Assembly: GCA_963664295.1 (NCBI GenBank)
Contig: OY760935.1
Coordinates: 192,001 to 256,000, forward strand
Direction of reading: 5' to 3'
Source: Candidatus Altimarinota bacterium
GTDB lineage: Bacteria; Patescibacteriota; Gracilibacteria; CAIRYL01; GCA-016699755
DNA: 64,000 nucleotides
Below are positions 19,994 to 29,946 of the stretch, in pieces (positions within the stretch are counted from its first letter, which is position 1; every line of letters starts with the position of its first letter). The translations under genes were made by a program, and so were the position numbers. The notes under the pieces are model-generated. The model did not search any database. It was not told the origin of the DNA and saw only the letters and a list, made by a program, of their open reading frames with translations.

Positions 19994-20806
19994 ATGAAAT
20001 TATCAATTATTATATTAAATTTTAATTCCCAGGATTTTACAGATAAATGCCTTAAAAGTCTTGCAAAATTTCCACTAAAATCAGAATATGAAATTTTGAT
20101 TATTGATAATGCATCAAAAAACAATGAATTAGAAAAAATTCGTCAAAAATGGGAAAACAAAGAACATAAAAACATAAAATTTATTCATTCTCCAAAAAAT
20201 TTAGGCTATGGACAAGGTAATGAATTAGCAATAAAACAAGCAAAAGGGGAGTATGTTGCAGTGATCAATCCAGATATTGAAGTTAATAAAAATACTCTTG
20301 ATGGTTTGCTTGATTTTTTAGACAAAAATCCAAAAGTGGGATTGGTAGGGCCAAGATTGTACTATAAAAATGGCTCAACTCAGGATTCTTTTCGTAGATT
20401 TCCAGTGCCAATAGATTTATTGATTAAAAGAGTAAATTTTTTAAGAAAACGCTTTCAGGGTCGCATGGCAAAATTTTTGATGTGGGATGTGGATTTTAAA
20501 AAACCAATTCCAGTGGATTGGGTTGTTGGCGCTTTTTTTGTTATGCGCAAAAAAGCCTGGGAAGAGGTAGGTGGTTTTGATCCTCGCTATTTTTTGTTTT
20601 TTGAGGACACAGATATTTGCAGAACAATGTGGAAAAAAGGCTGGGAGGTTTATTACAATCCTCTTTATACAGCAATTCATAATCATGAAAGATTATCAGA
20701 AACAAGTGGTTTATTAGATATTTTTTGTAAAAAAACTGTCCGGACACATATAGCAAGCGGGTTTAAATATTTTTTTAAGTGGGGATTGGGCAAGAAAAGA
20801 AGCTAG
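19994..20806 (+). CDS. Family 2 glycosyltransferase (WbbL-like rhamnosyltransferase)
   Basis: IDNAS, NLGYGQGN, INPD, VDWVVGA, GFDPRYFLFFEDTD. Confidence 0.88.
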   Translation: MKLSIIILNFNSQDFTDKCLKSLAKFPLKSEYEILIIDNASKNNELEKIRQKWENKEHKNIKFIHSPKNLGYGQGNELAIKQAKGEYVAVINPDIEVNKNTLDGLLDFLDKNPKVGLVGPRLYYKNGSTQDSFRRFPVPIDLLIKRVNFLRKRFQGRMAKFLMWDVDFKKPIPVDWVVGAFFVMRKKAWEEVGGFDPRYFLFFEDTDICRTMWKKGWEVYYNPLYTAIHNHERLSETSGLLDIFCKKTVRTHIASGFKYFFKWGLGKKRS

Positions 20807-20864
20807 ATAAACTAAGTTGTACTTTTTTCTTTTAGTTCCTTTTTTGGTCATTTTTTTCTTTTTC

Positions 20865-21132
20865 TGCCATTCTGACCGCTTTTTTTGTAGCCCTCTTTGT
20901 TTCATCACCCTGAGCCCCCCTTGTTTTGTCATTCGCCTAGGCGAATCTCCCATAGTCATTACTGTTGTAATAATCGAGGTAGTATCCCTAATTCAGTCAT
21001 CCTGAGTGAAACGAAGGATCTCCCGTAGTCATTACTACATAATCACCCAAGGTAAAACCTGAGTTCATGGCAAAGGAGATTCTTCGGCTCTCCTTCTTCG
21101 CTAAAGCTACGAAGGATTCACTCAGAATGACA
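20865..21132. repeat. Palindromic REP/REPIN-like element cluster B
   Basis: Decayed and truncated arms plus one full element GTCATCCTGAGTGAAACGAAGGATCT-core-AGATTCTTCG...CAGAATGACA; between convergent GT2 and pilD. Confidence 0.85.
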
Positions 21133-21171
21133 TCTCAAAAATTTAGCAATAATAAGATGAATTATCTTAGG

Positions 21172-21945
21172 TTAAAGCCCTACAATATCCAGCCAAAAAT
21201 TGACAAAAAATTTACCCCAAAAAAGTGCAATTAAAGCACCTAAAACCAAAAAAGGACCAAAAGGAACTTCGGATTTAGAGCCTTTTTTGTTGAGGTAAAT
21301 AATTATTGGAGAAAAAAAGGCACCAATAAAATAAGCCAAAAAAAGTGCAACAATAACTTTTTGCCAACCAAGCACAATGCCCATAAAAGCGCCAAGATAA
21401 AAATCACCCAAACCAATAACATCTCGTTTGTAAACATACTTCAGCGGATATTGCAGTCCAAAAAGACCAACAGGTATCAATAAGCCAATTAAAGCATCTT
21501 TTGTTTCAGGAATAGGCAGATTTTTATCAGCAAAAAAACTAAGAACAAAAAATATTATAATTATTCCGCCATGTAGAGGGATAAGCTTGTATTTAAAATC
21601 ATAAACAGCAAGAAACCAAAGAATTGTCACTACTGCCAATGACCAAGCGAGCAAAAGAGAGTTAAATGCAGTAAAATAAGCAGTTAAGCCCCAGATAGCC
21701 CCTGTTAATATCTCTGCTATTGGGTGTTCTATAGAAATTGCCTTTTTGCATTTTCGGCATTTTCCACCAAGAAAAACCCAAGAAAGAACAGGTATTAAAT
21801 CAAGTTGGGTTAGTTTGTGTTGGCAATGATCACAATGTGATCTGCCTAAAAAAATTCCTTTTTCGTTTGAGTGCAAGCGAGAAACTAAAACTCCTAGAAA
21901 ACTGCCAACAAAAAGCCCAATTATAAAAAAGATTACTGTATACAT
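21172..21945 (-). CDS. pilD: Type IV prepilin peptidase
   Basis: GSFLGVLVSRL, RSHCDHC, DLIPVLSW..GKCRKC, GLGD, VPFGPFL. Confidence 0.93.
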   Translation of the reverse strand: MYTVIFFIIGLFVGSFLGVLVSRLHSNEKGIFLGRSHCDHCQHKLTQLDLIPVLSWVFLGGKCRKCKKAISIEHPIAEILTGAIWGLTAYFTAFNSLLLAWSLAVVTILWFLAVYDFKYKLIPLHGGIIIIFFVLSFFADKNLPIPETKDALIGLLIPVGLFGLQYPLKYVYKRDVIGLGDFYLGAFMGIVLGWQKVIVALFLAYFIGAFFSPIIIYLNKKGSKSEVPFGPFLVLGALIALFWGKFFVNFWLDIVGL

Positions 21946-22115
21946 GATTTGATTATATTGCGCCTTAGGCTTTTTGGGAAGATTTAAATTTATTATTTTT
22001 ACATCACCATATTTTTATTTTTTCGCAAGGGATTTTTAGCTTTTCCAAAAATAAAGGTTTGATTTATGTATAAATTTAGGGCAAAATGCTCAGGCTATTT
22101 TTTTATGGCTTTCTG

Positions 22116-22352
22116 ATGTCCAAAGAAGATGTTATCGAATTAGACGGAAAAGTATTAGAGTGTTTACCAGGTGGTTTCTTTCGAGTCAAGATAACAGCAG
22201 AAAACTTCCCAGAGGAACATTCAGAAATCCATGCACGCGTTAGTGGTAGAATGCGCAAATATTCTATCCGTATTCTCCCGGGGGACAAGGTCAAAGTTGA
22301 GCTTTCTCCTTATGACCTAACGCAAGGCAGAATTACTTATCGTGAAAAATAA
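22116..22352 (+). CDS. infA: Translation initiation factor IF-1
   Basis: MSKEDVIE..., [34 protein letters not shown]. Confidence 0.96.
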   Translation: MSKEDVIELDGKVLECLPGGFFRVKITAENFPEEHSEIHARVSGRMRKYSIRILPGDKVKVELSPYDLTQGRITYREK

Positions 22353-22361
22353 TTAAAAACT

Positions 22362-22475
22362 ATGAAAGTAAGAGCTTCAGTAAAGAAAATTTGTAAAGAT
22401 TGCAAAACCATTCGCAGAAAGGGCGTTGTCCGCGTTATTTGTAAAATTAAAAAACATAAGCAAAGACAAGGTTAA
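22362..22475 (+). CDS. rpmJ: 50S ribosomal protein L36 (Zn-binding type)
   Basis: Manual translation [37 protein letters not shown]; too short for the ORF track. Confidence 0.97.
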   Translation: MKVRASVKKICKDCKTIRRKGVVRVICKIKKHKQRQG

Positions 22476-22496
22476 TTTTATTTTTTTAAAAGATAT

Positions 22497-22865
22497 ATGG
22501 CAGTAAGAATTGCTGGTGTCACACTTCCGAATAAAAGAATTGAGATTGCTCTAACATACATATTTGGTGTTGGAAAAAGTCGCTCAAACACAATTTTGAA
22601 CAATCTCAAAATTAATTTAGACAAAAGAGCAGATGAACTTACAGAAGATGAAGTAGCTCAATTAAGAACAGAAATTGATAAATATGTCACAGAAGGTAAC
22701 TTAAGAAGAAAAATTTCATCTGATATTAAAAGATTGCAAGATATTGGTTGTTATCGTGGTTATCGCCACAGAAGAAGATTGCCTGTTCGTGGTCAACGCA
22801 CAAAAACTAATGCTCGCACTAGAAAAGGCAAAAGCACTCCTATTGCAAATAAGAAAAAAGTTTAA
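22497..22865 (+). CDS. rpsM: 30S ribosomal protein S13
   Basis: [32 protein letters not shown]. Confidence 0.98.
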   Translation: MAVRIAGVTLPNKRIEIALTYIFGVGKSRSNTILNNLKINLDKRADELTEDEVAQLRTEIDKYVTEGNLRRKISSDIKRLQDIGCYRGYRHRRRLPVRGQRTKTNARTRKGKSTPIANKKKV

Positions 22866-22887
22866 TTTTATAATTTATTATTGTTAA

Positions 22888-23289
22888 ATGGCAGTAACTA
22901 AGAAAAAAACAACAGCGAAAAAGAAAAAAACAAGAAGAAGCGTGCTAAATGGCAGAGCATATATCACAGCTTCTTTTAATAATACTATTGTCACTTTGAC
23001 AGACGAAGAAGGAGAAGTTATTTCTTGGAGTTCTGCAGGAGCTAGTGGTTTTAAAGGCTCTCGCAAATCTACTCCATATGCAGCTCAAGTTGCTGCAGAA
23101 AACGCTGCAGAAAAAGCTAAAAACTCTTGTGGCATTGAAAATTTACAAGTTTTTGTGAAAGGTGTTGGGCCTGGTAGAGAGCAAGCTATTCGTGGTTTAC
23201 ATACTTCTAAATTAAATTTGCTTTCTATTACTGACTTAACAACAATTCCACACAATGGTTGTCGTAAGAAAAAACCAAGAAAAGTTTAA
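22888..23289 (+). CDS. rpsK: 30S ribosomal protein S11
   Basis: [29 protein letters not shown]. Confidence 0.98.
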   Translation: MAVTKKKTTAKKKKTRRSVLNGRAYITASFNNTIVTLTDEEGEVISWSSAGASGFKGSRKSTPYAAQVAAENAAEKAKNSCGIENLQVFVKGVGPGREQAIRGLHTSKLNLLSITDLTTIPHNGCRKKKPRKV

Positions 23290-23322
23290 CTTTATTATAT
23301 TATTTTTTGTTTCTAATTAATT

Positions 23323-23943
23323 ATGAGAGGTTCTCAAGCAAAATGTAGGCTATGTCGCAGAGAAGGCGAAAAACTATTTCTTAAAGGTGACAGATGTAAT
23401 AGTCAAAAATGTGCCATGGTTAGACGCCACACAGTTCCTGGTCAAGGCGCAAAAGCTCGTTTTACAAAATTATCTGAATTTGGAAAACAGCTAAGAGAAA
23501 AGCAAAAAGCTAAAAGAATTTTTGGTGTTTCTGAAAAAGTTTTCAGAAATTATTATGAAAAAGCCACCAACCAAAAAGGCATGAGTGGTGAAAATTTGTT
23601 AAGATTATTAGAAAGAAGATTAGACAATGCTGTATATAAAGCAGGCTTAGCAGAATCTAGAAGAGAAGCAAGACAAATGGTGACACATGGTCTTTTTGAG
23701 TTAAATGGCAGAAGAGTAGATGTTCCATCTATTTCTCTTCGTCCTGGCGATACTATAGTAATGCGTGAAAGATCTCGTAATCATCCTTCATACGCAAAAG
23801 CAGCTGAAAGAAAAATCAAAACTCCTGGTTGGTTAAAATTTGACCTTAAAAAACATCAAATTGAGATCACAAGAATGCCAGAAGCAGACGAGCTTGATCA
23901 ATCTATTGCTATTAGCTTGATTATTGAGTTTTATTCACGTTAA
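23323..23943 (+). CDS. rpsD: 30S ribosomal protein S4 (Zn-binding type)
   Basis: CRLCRREGEKLFLKGDRC, LREKQK, LERRLDNAVY, IEFYSR. Confidence 0.98.
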   Translation: MRGSQAKCRLCRREGEKLFLKGDRCNSQKCAMVRRHTVPGQGAKARFTKLSEFGKQLREKQKAKRIFGVSEKVFRNYYEKATNQKGMSGENLLRLLERRLDNAVYKAGLAESRREARQMVTHGLFELNGRRVDVPSISLRPGDTIVMRERSRNHPSYAKAAERKIKTPGWLKFDLKKHQIEITRMPEADELDQSIAISLIIEFYSR

Positions 23944-23967
23944 TTTTTTCCTTTTGTTTTTTTAAAA

Positions 23968-24948
23968 ATGCATATTCTTCACGAAGAAATCGGTTTTCCA
24001 AAGATTACTTCTCAAAAAACTGAAGATAATAAAGCGATTTTCACAATTTCTCCTTTGCCATCTGGTTTTGGTATGACTATTGGAAATGCGCTTAGAAGAG
24101 TTCTTCTTTCTTATGTTCCTGGTAGTGCTATTACTGCGGCCAAGATTGAAGGCGTTTCTCATGAATACAGTACAATGTCCGGAGTGCAAGATAGCGCTCT
24201 TGATATTCTTTTAAATTTAAAAAGAGTTCCTGTTCGTAAACACAGTCAAGATGCTGAAATTGTCACTTTAACTGCAAAAGGTGAAGGTGATGTTTTAGCA
24301 AAAGACATTAAAACATCTTCTGATGTAGAAATTCTTGATCCTGACTTTGTAATAACTTCTTTAGACAAAAAAAGTTCTAGTTTAAAAATGGAACTAAGAA
24401 TTGAAAAAGGAGTTGGCTATATTCCAGCTACAGAAAGACAAAAAGATGAAACAGAAGCAGGCTGGATACTAATAGACGCAATATTTTCACCAATTGTAAA
24501 AGTAAAATACGATGTTTCTCCTGTTCGTGTTGGTCAAATGACTAACCTAGATAAACTTACAGTAGAAGTTGACACAAATGGCTCAATAGCCCCTGAAGAA
24601 GCAATGAAATTTTCTGCAAAAATTTTGGAAAAATATTTCAGCTTATTCCAAAAAGACGAATCAGAGTTTATAGAAGCTGATTATATTGCTGATTTTGATG
24701 CTCGCAAAAAAGTTGGCACAAGCGAAGAAGAAACAGAAGATGAAAAAGAAACTTACACACCAATCGAGGTGCTTAATTTTTCACCAAGAACATTAAATGC
24801 TCTTATTAACGGTGATATTGGCTCTGTTGAAGAACTTGTTGAATGCACAGAAGCAAAATTAGACACATTAAGAGGTTTTGGTAAAAAAGCAATGACAGAA
24901 GTAAGAGACAAGCTTGCTGAAAGAGGATTAAAATTAACTGATTCATAA
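23968..24948 (+). CDS. rpoA: RNA polymerase alpha subunit
   Basis: GFGMTIGNALRRVLLS, IDAIFSPI, alpha-CTD LRGFGKK. Confidence 0.97.
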   Translation: MHILHEEIGFPKITSQKTEDNKAIFTISPLPSGFGMTIGNALRRVLLSYVPGSAITAAKIEGVSHEYSTMSGVQDSALDILLNLKRVPVRKHSQDAEIVTLTAKGEGDVLAKDIKTSSDVEILDPDFVITSLDKKSSSLKMELRIEKGVGYIPATERQKDETEAGWILIDAIFSPIVKVKYDVSPVRVGQMTNLDKLTVEVDTNGSIAPEEAMKFSAKILEKYFSLFQKDESEFIEADYIADFDARKKVGTSEEETEDEKETYTPIEVLNFSPRTLNALINGDIGSVEELVECTEAKLDTLRGFGKKAMTEVRDKLAERGLKLTDS

Positions 24949-24964
24949 TTTATTTTTTTGAAAA

Positions 24965-25333
24965 ATGCGACATAGAAAAAGTTCAATAACAACTAGGTTA
25001 GGAAGAAGAAAAGGTCACAGAGAGCTTATGCTTCGTAATCTTTTAACTTCTTTGTTTTTAAACGACAAACTAAAAACAACAGAAGCAAAAGCAAAAATAG
25101 TTCGTTCTGAAGCAGAAAAGCTCATCACTAAGCTAAAAAGAAACGATAAGGCAAATGCAATTCGTGAAGCTAAAAAAGTTTTATTTACAGTTCCTGCTAC
25201 AAAAAAAGCTATTGAAGTAGCAGAAGGATATAAAGAAAAAAGCTCTGGCTATACACGTCTTACAAATGTTGGCATAAGAGAAGGTGATGCCTCAAAAATG
25301 GTTTTAATAGAATTTGTTGAAAATACGAAATGA
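24965..25333 (+). CDS. rplQ: 50S ribosomal protein L17
   Basis: MRHRK..LGR..HR..MLRNL, TTEAKAK, GYTRL..REGD. Confidence 0.96.
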   Translation: MRHRKSSITTRLGRRKGHRELMLRNLLTSLFLNDKLKTTEAKAKIVRSEAEKLITKLKRNDKANAIREAKKVLFTVPATKKAIEVAEGYKEKSSGYTRLTNVGIREGDASKMVLIEFVENTK

Positions 25334-25785
25334 AAACTTATTTACCAAAAGTCAAAGATATTCAAATGAATAGAGAATGGTATCTTCTTGATGCCAATGA
25401 AGTTTCTCCAGGAAGATTGGCTACTACAGCAGCCAGGATCTTGAGTGGAAAACATAAACCAACTTACACCCCACATCTAGATACAGGAGATGGTGTTATT
25501 ATTATTAACGCTTCAAAAGTTTATTTAAGTGGTTCAAAAAGAGAAAATAAGAAATATTATCGTCATTCTGGAAAACCAGGTGAATTAAAAGTGAAAAAAG
25601 CAGGCACAATGCTAGAAGATAATCCAGAAAAAATTATTTTACTCGCAGTAAAAGGTATGCTTGCAAAAAACAAGCACAGAAAAGATATTTTAAAGAGATT
25701 AAAAATTTATGCTGATGAAAATCATGCACAAGAGGCGCAGAAGCCAAAAACAATCTCTGTTGATGAATTTAATGTTAAATCTTAA
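25330..25785 (+). CDS. rplM: 50S ribosomal protein L13
   Basis: [33 protein letters not shown]. Confidence 0.97.
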   Translation: MKTYLPKVKDIQMNREWYLLDANEVSPGRLATTAARILSGKHKPTYTPHLDTGDGVIIINASKVYLSGSKRENKKYYRHSGKPGELKVKKAGTMLEDNPEKIILLAVKGMLAKNKHRKDILKRLKIYADENHAQEAQKPKTISVDEFNVKS

Positions 25786-25793
25786 TTTTAAAA

Positions 25794-26429
25794 ATGGCTG
25801 AAAAAGAAGAGAAAAAAACTACGGCAAAAAAAGCAGTAAAGAAAACTACAACTAAAAAAGAAACTGCAAAGAAGACTACTACAAAAAAAGCAACAGCAAA
25901 AACTACTGCAAAAAAAACTGTAGCTAAGAAAACTACAACTAAAAAAGAAGCTACAAAAACCACAAAAGTAGTTAAAAAAGAAAAAAGCAATGTTGTAAGC
26001 AAGAAAAAAGCAAGAAAACAAATTACTTTTTCTCTTACTGGTAAAAAATATTTTTATGCAGTAGGTAAAAGAAAAACATCTGTTGCTAGAGTTCGTCTTT
26101 ATGAAGGAGGCAGTGGTAAAGTGGAAATTAATGGCAAAGATATAAAAGATTATTTTTTTGGAATTTTGGGTCAAAATGCACTTTTCCCAGCCAAGCTTAC
26201 AGAAACTCAAAAATCTTTTGATATTACTGTAAAGGTTCTTGGTGGTGGTGTTAGTGCACAGGCTGATGCTACTCGTCATGGTATTGCTAGAGCATTAGTA
26301 GAGGCTGATCCAGAGTTTAGATCCGTTTTGAAAAAAGCTGGACTACTAAGTCGTGACTCAAGAGTAAAAGAAAGAAAGAAGCCAGGATTAAAAGGAGCAA
26401 GGCGTGCTCCTCAATGGCAAAAACGTTAA
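25794..26429 (+). CDS. rpsI: 30S ribosomal protein S9 with Lys/Thr/Ala-rich N-terminal extension
   Basis: [37 protein letters not shown]; about 80 aa of KKTT/AKK repeats in front. Confidence 0.97.
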   Translation: MAEKEEKKTTAKKAVKKTTTKKETAKKTTTKKATAKTTAKKTVAKKTTTKKEATKTTKVVKKEKSNVVSKKKARKQITFSLTGKKYFYAVGKRKTSVARVRLYEGGSGKVEINGKDIKDYFFGILGQNALFPAKLTETQKSFDITVKVLGGGVSAQADATRHGIARALVEADPEFRSVLKKAGLLSRDSRVKERKKPGLKGARRAPQWQKR

Positions 26430-26439
26430 TGACTTTATT

Positions 26440-26465
26440 AAAACCGTCCTCAAGGCGGTTTTTTT
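26440..26465. terminator. Bidirectional intrinsic terminator between rpsI and mutM
   Basis: AAAACCGTC-ctcaa-GGCGGTTTTTTT. Confidence 0.7.
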
Positions 26466-26473
26466 ATAATTAT

Positions 26474-27286
26474 TTATTTTTGACACTTTTTACAATACAC
26501 AGTGCCTCTGCCCTCTAGGCGAGTTTTTTGAAGCACAGAGTTGCAGATAAAGCATTTTTTTCCACCACGACCATACACCATAAGTTTTTCCTGATTACTG
26601 CCTTTTTTATTATTGGCATCAACATAATCAGAAAAACTAGTGCCTCGATTAGAAATAGCCTTATTTAAAATCGGCACAATATTTTTATATATTTTTTTAA
26701 GCTCAGCTTTGCTTAATGAATTTGCTTGGCGCATAGGCTGAACACCAGATAAAAAAAGAATTTCATCAGCATAAATATTACCAATTCCAGCAACAATATT
26801 TTGTGCTAATAAATATTTTTTAATAGAACCTTTTTTGTTTTTTAGGTTTTTTTCAAAGTAATCAAAAGAAAAATTATCGTCAAGCGCATCAAAACCAAGC
26901 TTGCAAATACCAGTTTCTTTTTGAAAATTATCAAGACTACAAAGCCAAATTTTGCCAAAACGACGAATATCAGCAAAAATTAAGCTCTTATTATTAAAAT
27001 TAAGCCTCACTCGTTCAAATTTTTCTTTTTTTGAGTTTTTAGAGCGCAATAAAACACGACCAGTCATGCGTAAATGAATAGTGATAATTTTATTATCAAA
27101 GACAAGAGACAAAAATTTACCATGTCTTTTTATATCCCTTAAAACAGCGCCTTTGAGTTTATTAAACTCTTTTTCGCAAATATTAAGAGCTGTTTTGTCG
27201 CTTGTTATAATGTTTTCAAAGCTTTGTCCAAGAATATTTTTTTGCAAATCCCGGACAATAGTTTCAACTTCAGGAAGCTCAGGCAT
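26474..27286 (-). CDS. mutM: Formamidopyrimidine-DNA glycosylase
   Basis: MPELPEVET, HLRMTG, GIGNIYADE, C-terminal C4 zinc finger. Confidence 0.96.
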   Translation of the reverse strand: MPELPEVETIVRDLQKNILGQSFENIITSDKTALNICEKEFNKLKGAVLRDIKRHGKFLSLVFDNKIITIHLRMTGRVLLRSKNSKKEKFERVRLNFNNKSLIFADIRRFGKIWLCSLDNFQKETGICKLGFDALDDNFSFDYFEKNLKNKKGSIKKYLLAQNIVAGIGNIYADEILFLSGVQPMRQANSLSKAELKKIYKNIVPILNKAISNRGTSFSDYVDANNKKGSNQEKLMVYGRGGKKCFICNSVLQKTRLEGRGTVYCKKCQK

Positions 27287-28297
27287 TTATCTATAATAAA
27301 GCATTATTTTAGAATTTTTTTCTTTAGGAAGCAAAGAAGAAACAGCTTTGCCCATAGGACCAAAAAGTTCGTCCCACGGAGAAATATATTCCGAATAATC
27401 AACAAGCTGAGCATTGGTAAGCCCATCTTTTTCTAGTTGAGATTGTAGGTCTTCAAGTCCACCAATGCTGTCTATTAGACCATTTTCAAGAGCTTGTTTA
27501 GCGGAATAAATTCTGCCATCTGCAAGTTGACGCACATCGTCAGTAGACATATTGCGACCATTAGCAACTTCGTTTACAAAATTTTCATAAGATTCGTCAA
27601 CAAGAGCTTGAAAAATAGCTCTTTCTTCTTCGTTTAATGTTGTAAATGGTGAACCCATATTTTTCATATCACCAGAGGTGATTGCAACCATATCAACACC
27701 AATTTTATTAAAAAGTTCTTCAGCATTAGGTATTTCCAAGATTACACCAATAGAGCCAATAAGGCTTTCTCTGTGAGCAAATATTTTGTCAGTTTGCGAG
27801 GCAATATAATATCCACCGCTTGCTGTCATGCTCTCTGTGAGTGTATATACTTTTTTTACCTTGTTAAGCTGTTTGAGTTTTTGCGCAATTTTATCAGAAT
27901 CAATCACAGTACCACCCGGAGAATCTATTTTAACCACTATTCCACGAATAAGCGGATCTTGTTCAATGTCATTTAATATTCTAAGCATTGACTCACTTGT
28001 TGTTCCATCATATAAACCAGTACTTTCATTGATAATCATGCCATCAATATGCACAATAGCTACATATTCCTCTGGTGAATTAAAATTGTCCACAAAAACC
28101 TCATTGCCATACCAATCAACATTAGTTTTTACAAAATTATTATTACTACTGTCTTGTGAAGATAAGCCACCAATAACTCCTAAAAGAAAAAAGCCAAAAA
28201 TTAAGAAATATAAAACACCTTTTATAAAAGCAAAAATTCTTTCAAGTTTGGATTTTCTTAGCTCAATTATTAAAGGCTCTTTTGGGTCAATTTTCAT
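27287..28297 (-). CDS. sppA: Signal peptide peptidase SppA (36K type)
   Basis: IDSPGG, ASGGYY, GSIGV, DGRIYSAKQALENGLID. Confidence 0.92.
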   Translation of the reverse strand: MKIDPKEPLIIELRKSKLERIFAFIKGVLYFLIFGFFLLGVIGGLSSQDSSNNNFVKTNVDWYGNEVFVDNFNSPEEYVAIVHIDGMIINESTGLYDGTTSESMLRILNDIEQDPLIRGIVVKIDSPGGTVIDSDKIAQKLKQLNKVKKVYTLTESMTASGGYYIASQTDKIFAHRESLIGSIGVILEIPNAEELFNKIGVDMVAITSGDMKNMGSPFTTLNEEERAIFQALVDESYENFVNEVANGRNMSTDDVRQLADGRIYSAKQALENGLIDSIGGLEDLQSQLEKDGLTNAQLVDYSEYISPWDELFGPMGKAVSSLLPKEKNSKIMLYYR

Positions 28298-28345
28298 TTC
28301 TAATAATAAATAGCAGAAAAATACTAGCTTTTATTATTAAAAGGG

Positions 28346-29413
28346 TCAAATTTGTGTTTTATTTTTCATGCTCAATAAACCGCTTTTTATGACCAATTTT
28401 CTTAAAAAATTATTATACATAAAAGGGGACTTTAGGTTTTTAAATAAGATATTGGTTTTTAGTTTCTTGCAATTTTTTTTGTATATTTTTAAAAAGTTTT
28501 CAGGATTAGAATTAACAGCATCAGCAAGCGTAATGGAGCTTTTTATGGCAAAACTAAGCCCTTCTGCAGAGCTTGGACTAATCAGTCCCGAAGCTTCGCC
28601 AGCGAAAGCAATATTGTTATGACCAAAAAATATTTGAGAGGGCTTTTGTGGACGAAAAATGATTGCACCTTCTCTTTTGATTTTTTTATTAAACTTAAAG
28701 CCTTTTTTTCTAAGCTTACTTTTTAGTTTTTCGAATTTTTTTTGTGGATTTTGATTTTGCTCAAGAGCAGAGCCAATTAGTAGGTAGTTATTTTTTGGTA
28801 TTGTCCAAGAATAAAAATCAGTAATTTCTCTGTCAAAAATAGCAGAAAAATAAGGTAGATTATTTTTTTGCTCAAACCACTCCTGAATTGCTACATAAGC
28901 TTTTGGTAGACTGTTGGGAGTTAATTTTCTGCGCAAAATAGATCCTGCACCACTTGCATCAATTAATATTTTTGTTTTGATTTCTTTTAATAGATTGTTT
29001 TTTTGAAATTTTATTTTGATGTGGTCTATTTCTTGTTTGTAATCAACAAAAGTGCTATTTTGGCTTATTTCCACTGTTTTTGGAATTTGTAAAAAGAGCC
29101 AGTGATCAAATTGATGACGATCAAAATTAAGATAAAACCTTTGATAATTGCGCTCAAGATTGTTCTGAAAGTCCATTGTGCGCACAGCAAAAAGCTGAGG
29201 ATTTACTAAAATATCTTTTGGCAAAGCTAAGCCAAGTTCTCCTAATATTTTTTGTGCATCAGGGGCAAGTAGTCCACCACAACATTTTTTTATATTACTT
29301 TTGGAGTTTTTAAAGTCTTTATTATCTATCAATAAAGTTTTATATTTTTTGTTTATTTTTTGCGCCAAAATACTGCCGGCAGGTCCAGCACCAATTATAA
29401 CGATATCATACAT
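28346..29413 (-). CDS. FAD-dependent oxidoreductase, CbrA/geranylgeranyl reductase-like
   Basis: GAGPAG, KCCGGLLAPDAQ, NPQLFAV, RNYQRFY..R..FD, GEASGLISPSSAEG; closely recalls E. coli CbrA motifs. Confidence 0.8.
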   Translation of the reverse strand: MYDIVIIGAGPAGSILAQKINKKYKTLLIDNKDFKNSKSNIKKCCGGLLAPDAQKILGELGLALPKDILVNPQLFAVRTMDFQNNLERNYQRFYLNFDRHQFDHWLFLQIPKTVEISQNSTFVDYKQEIDHIKIKFQKNNLLKEIKTKILIDASGAGSILRRKLTPNSLPKAYVAIQEWFEQKNNLPYFSAIFDREITDFYSWTIPKNNYLLIGSALEQNQNPQKKFEKLKSKLRKKGFKFNKKIKREGAIIFRPQKPSQIFFGHNNIAFAGEASGLISPSSAEGLSFAIKSSITLADAVNSNPENFLKIYKKNCKKLKTNILFKNLKSPFMYNNFLRKLVIKSGLLSMKNKTQI

Positions 29414-29419
29414 AAATAC

Positions 29420-29448
29420 ATCATAGAATAAGCAGGTTATTTCTGCAA
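29420..29448 (-). promoter_or_regulatory. sigma70 promoter, probably giving a leaderless mRNA for the CbrA-like gene
   Basis: TTGCAG-N17-TATGAT-N6-ATG on the minus strand. Confidence 0.55.
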
Positions 29449-29460
29449 CTATGTGTTTCT

Positions 29461-29946
29461 CTAATCACATTTTTTTCCGCTTTCTGCAGTGCATGAAGTA
29501 TTGTCTGCATAAAGCTTAATTACTTTATTTGTACCAAAATTAACAGCTTGCCAGTTTTCTTCATCATCAGGATCAGCTGTTACTAGAGCAGGAATAAAAA
29601 TTTCATCACTGTTTTCATTAACAGCGTTATTAACAGAATTTCGAGAGCTAGCAGTCCAAAAAGCCTCTGAATCAGAAACTTCTTCAAGATTAACTCTAGT
29701 ATGATCATCATCTTCGCCATTATTAACAGCTTCAAAGCCTGCAGAATGGTCAGAAATTTCATAAAGCGCATTCTCTATTCCACTTTCTGCTGCCAAAAAA
29801 GCATTATTATTCCTTTCTACATTTTTTGAAGCCTTGGAAGAGCTTAAAATAACAGTACTTGCACCAACAGTCACTAAAGTCAAAAAACCTATAGTTAATA
29901 GTGCAATCGCAATAGCATTACCTTTTTTTATTTTTTTATTTTTCAT
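29461..29946 (-). CDS. PilX/GspK-like minor pilin (short)
   Basis: KKG|NAIAIALL class III signal lacking E5; AFLAAESGIE PilX-N motif. Confidence 0.75.
   Translation of the reverse strand: MKNKKIKKGNAIAIALLTIGFLTLVTVGASTVILSSSKASKNVERNNNAFLAAESGIENALYEISDHSAGFEAVNNGEDDDHTRVNLEEVSDSEAFWTASSRNSVNNAVNENSDEIFIPALVTADPDDEENWQAVNFGTNKVIKLYADNTSCTAESGKKCD

Noticed and set aside
17460-20806. Novel polysaccharide locus
   Set aside because: Ordinary rmlD-rmlA-GT2-GT2 cluster; rmlB and rmlC are probably elsewhere.
25775-26279. Hydrophobic or Cys-rich minus-strand ORFs
   Set aside because: Antisense shadows of the Lys-rich rpsI extension.
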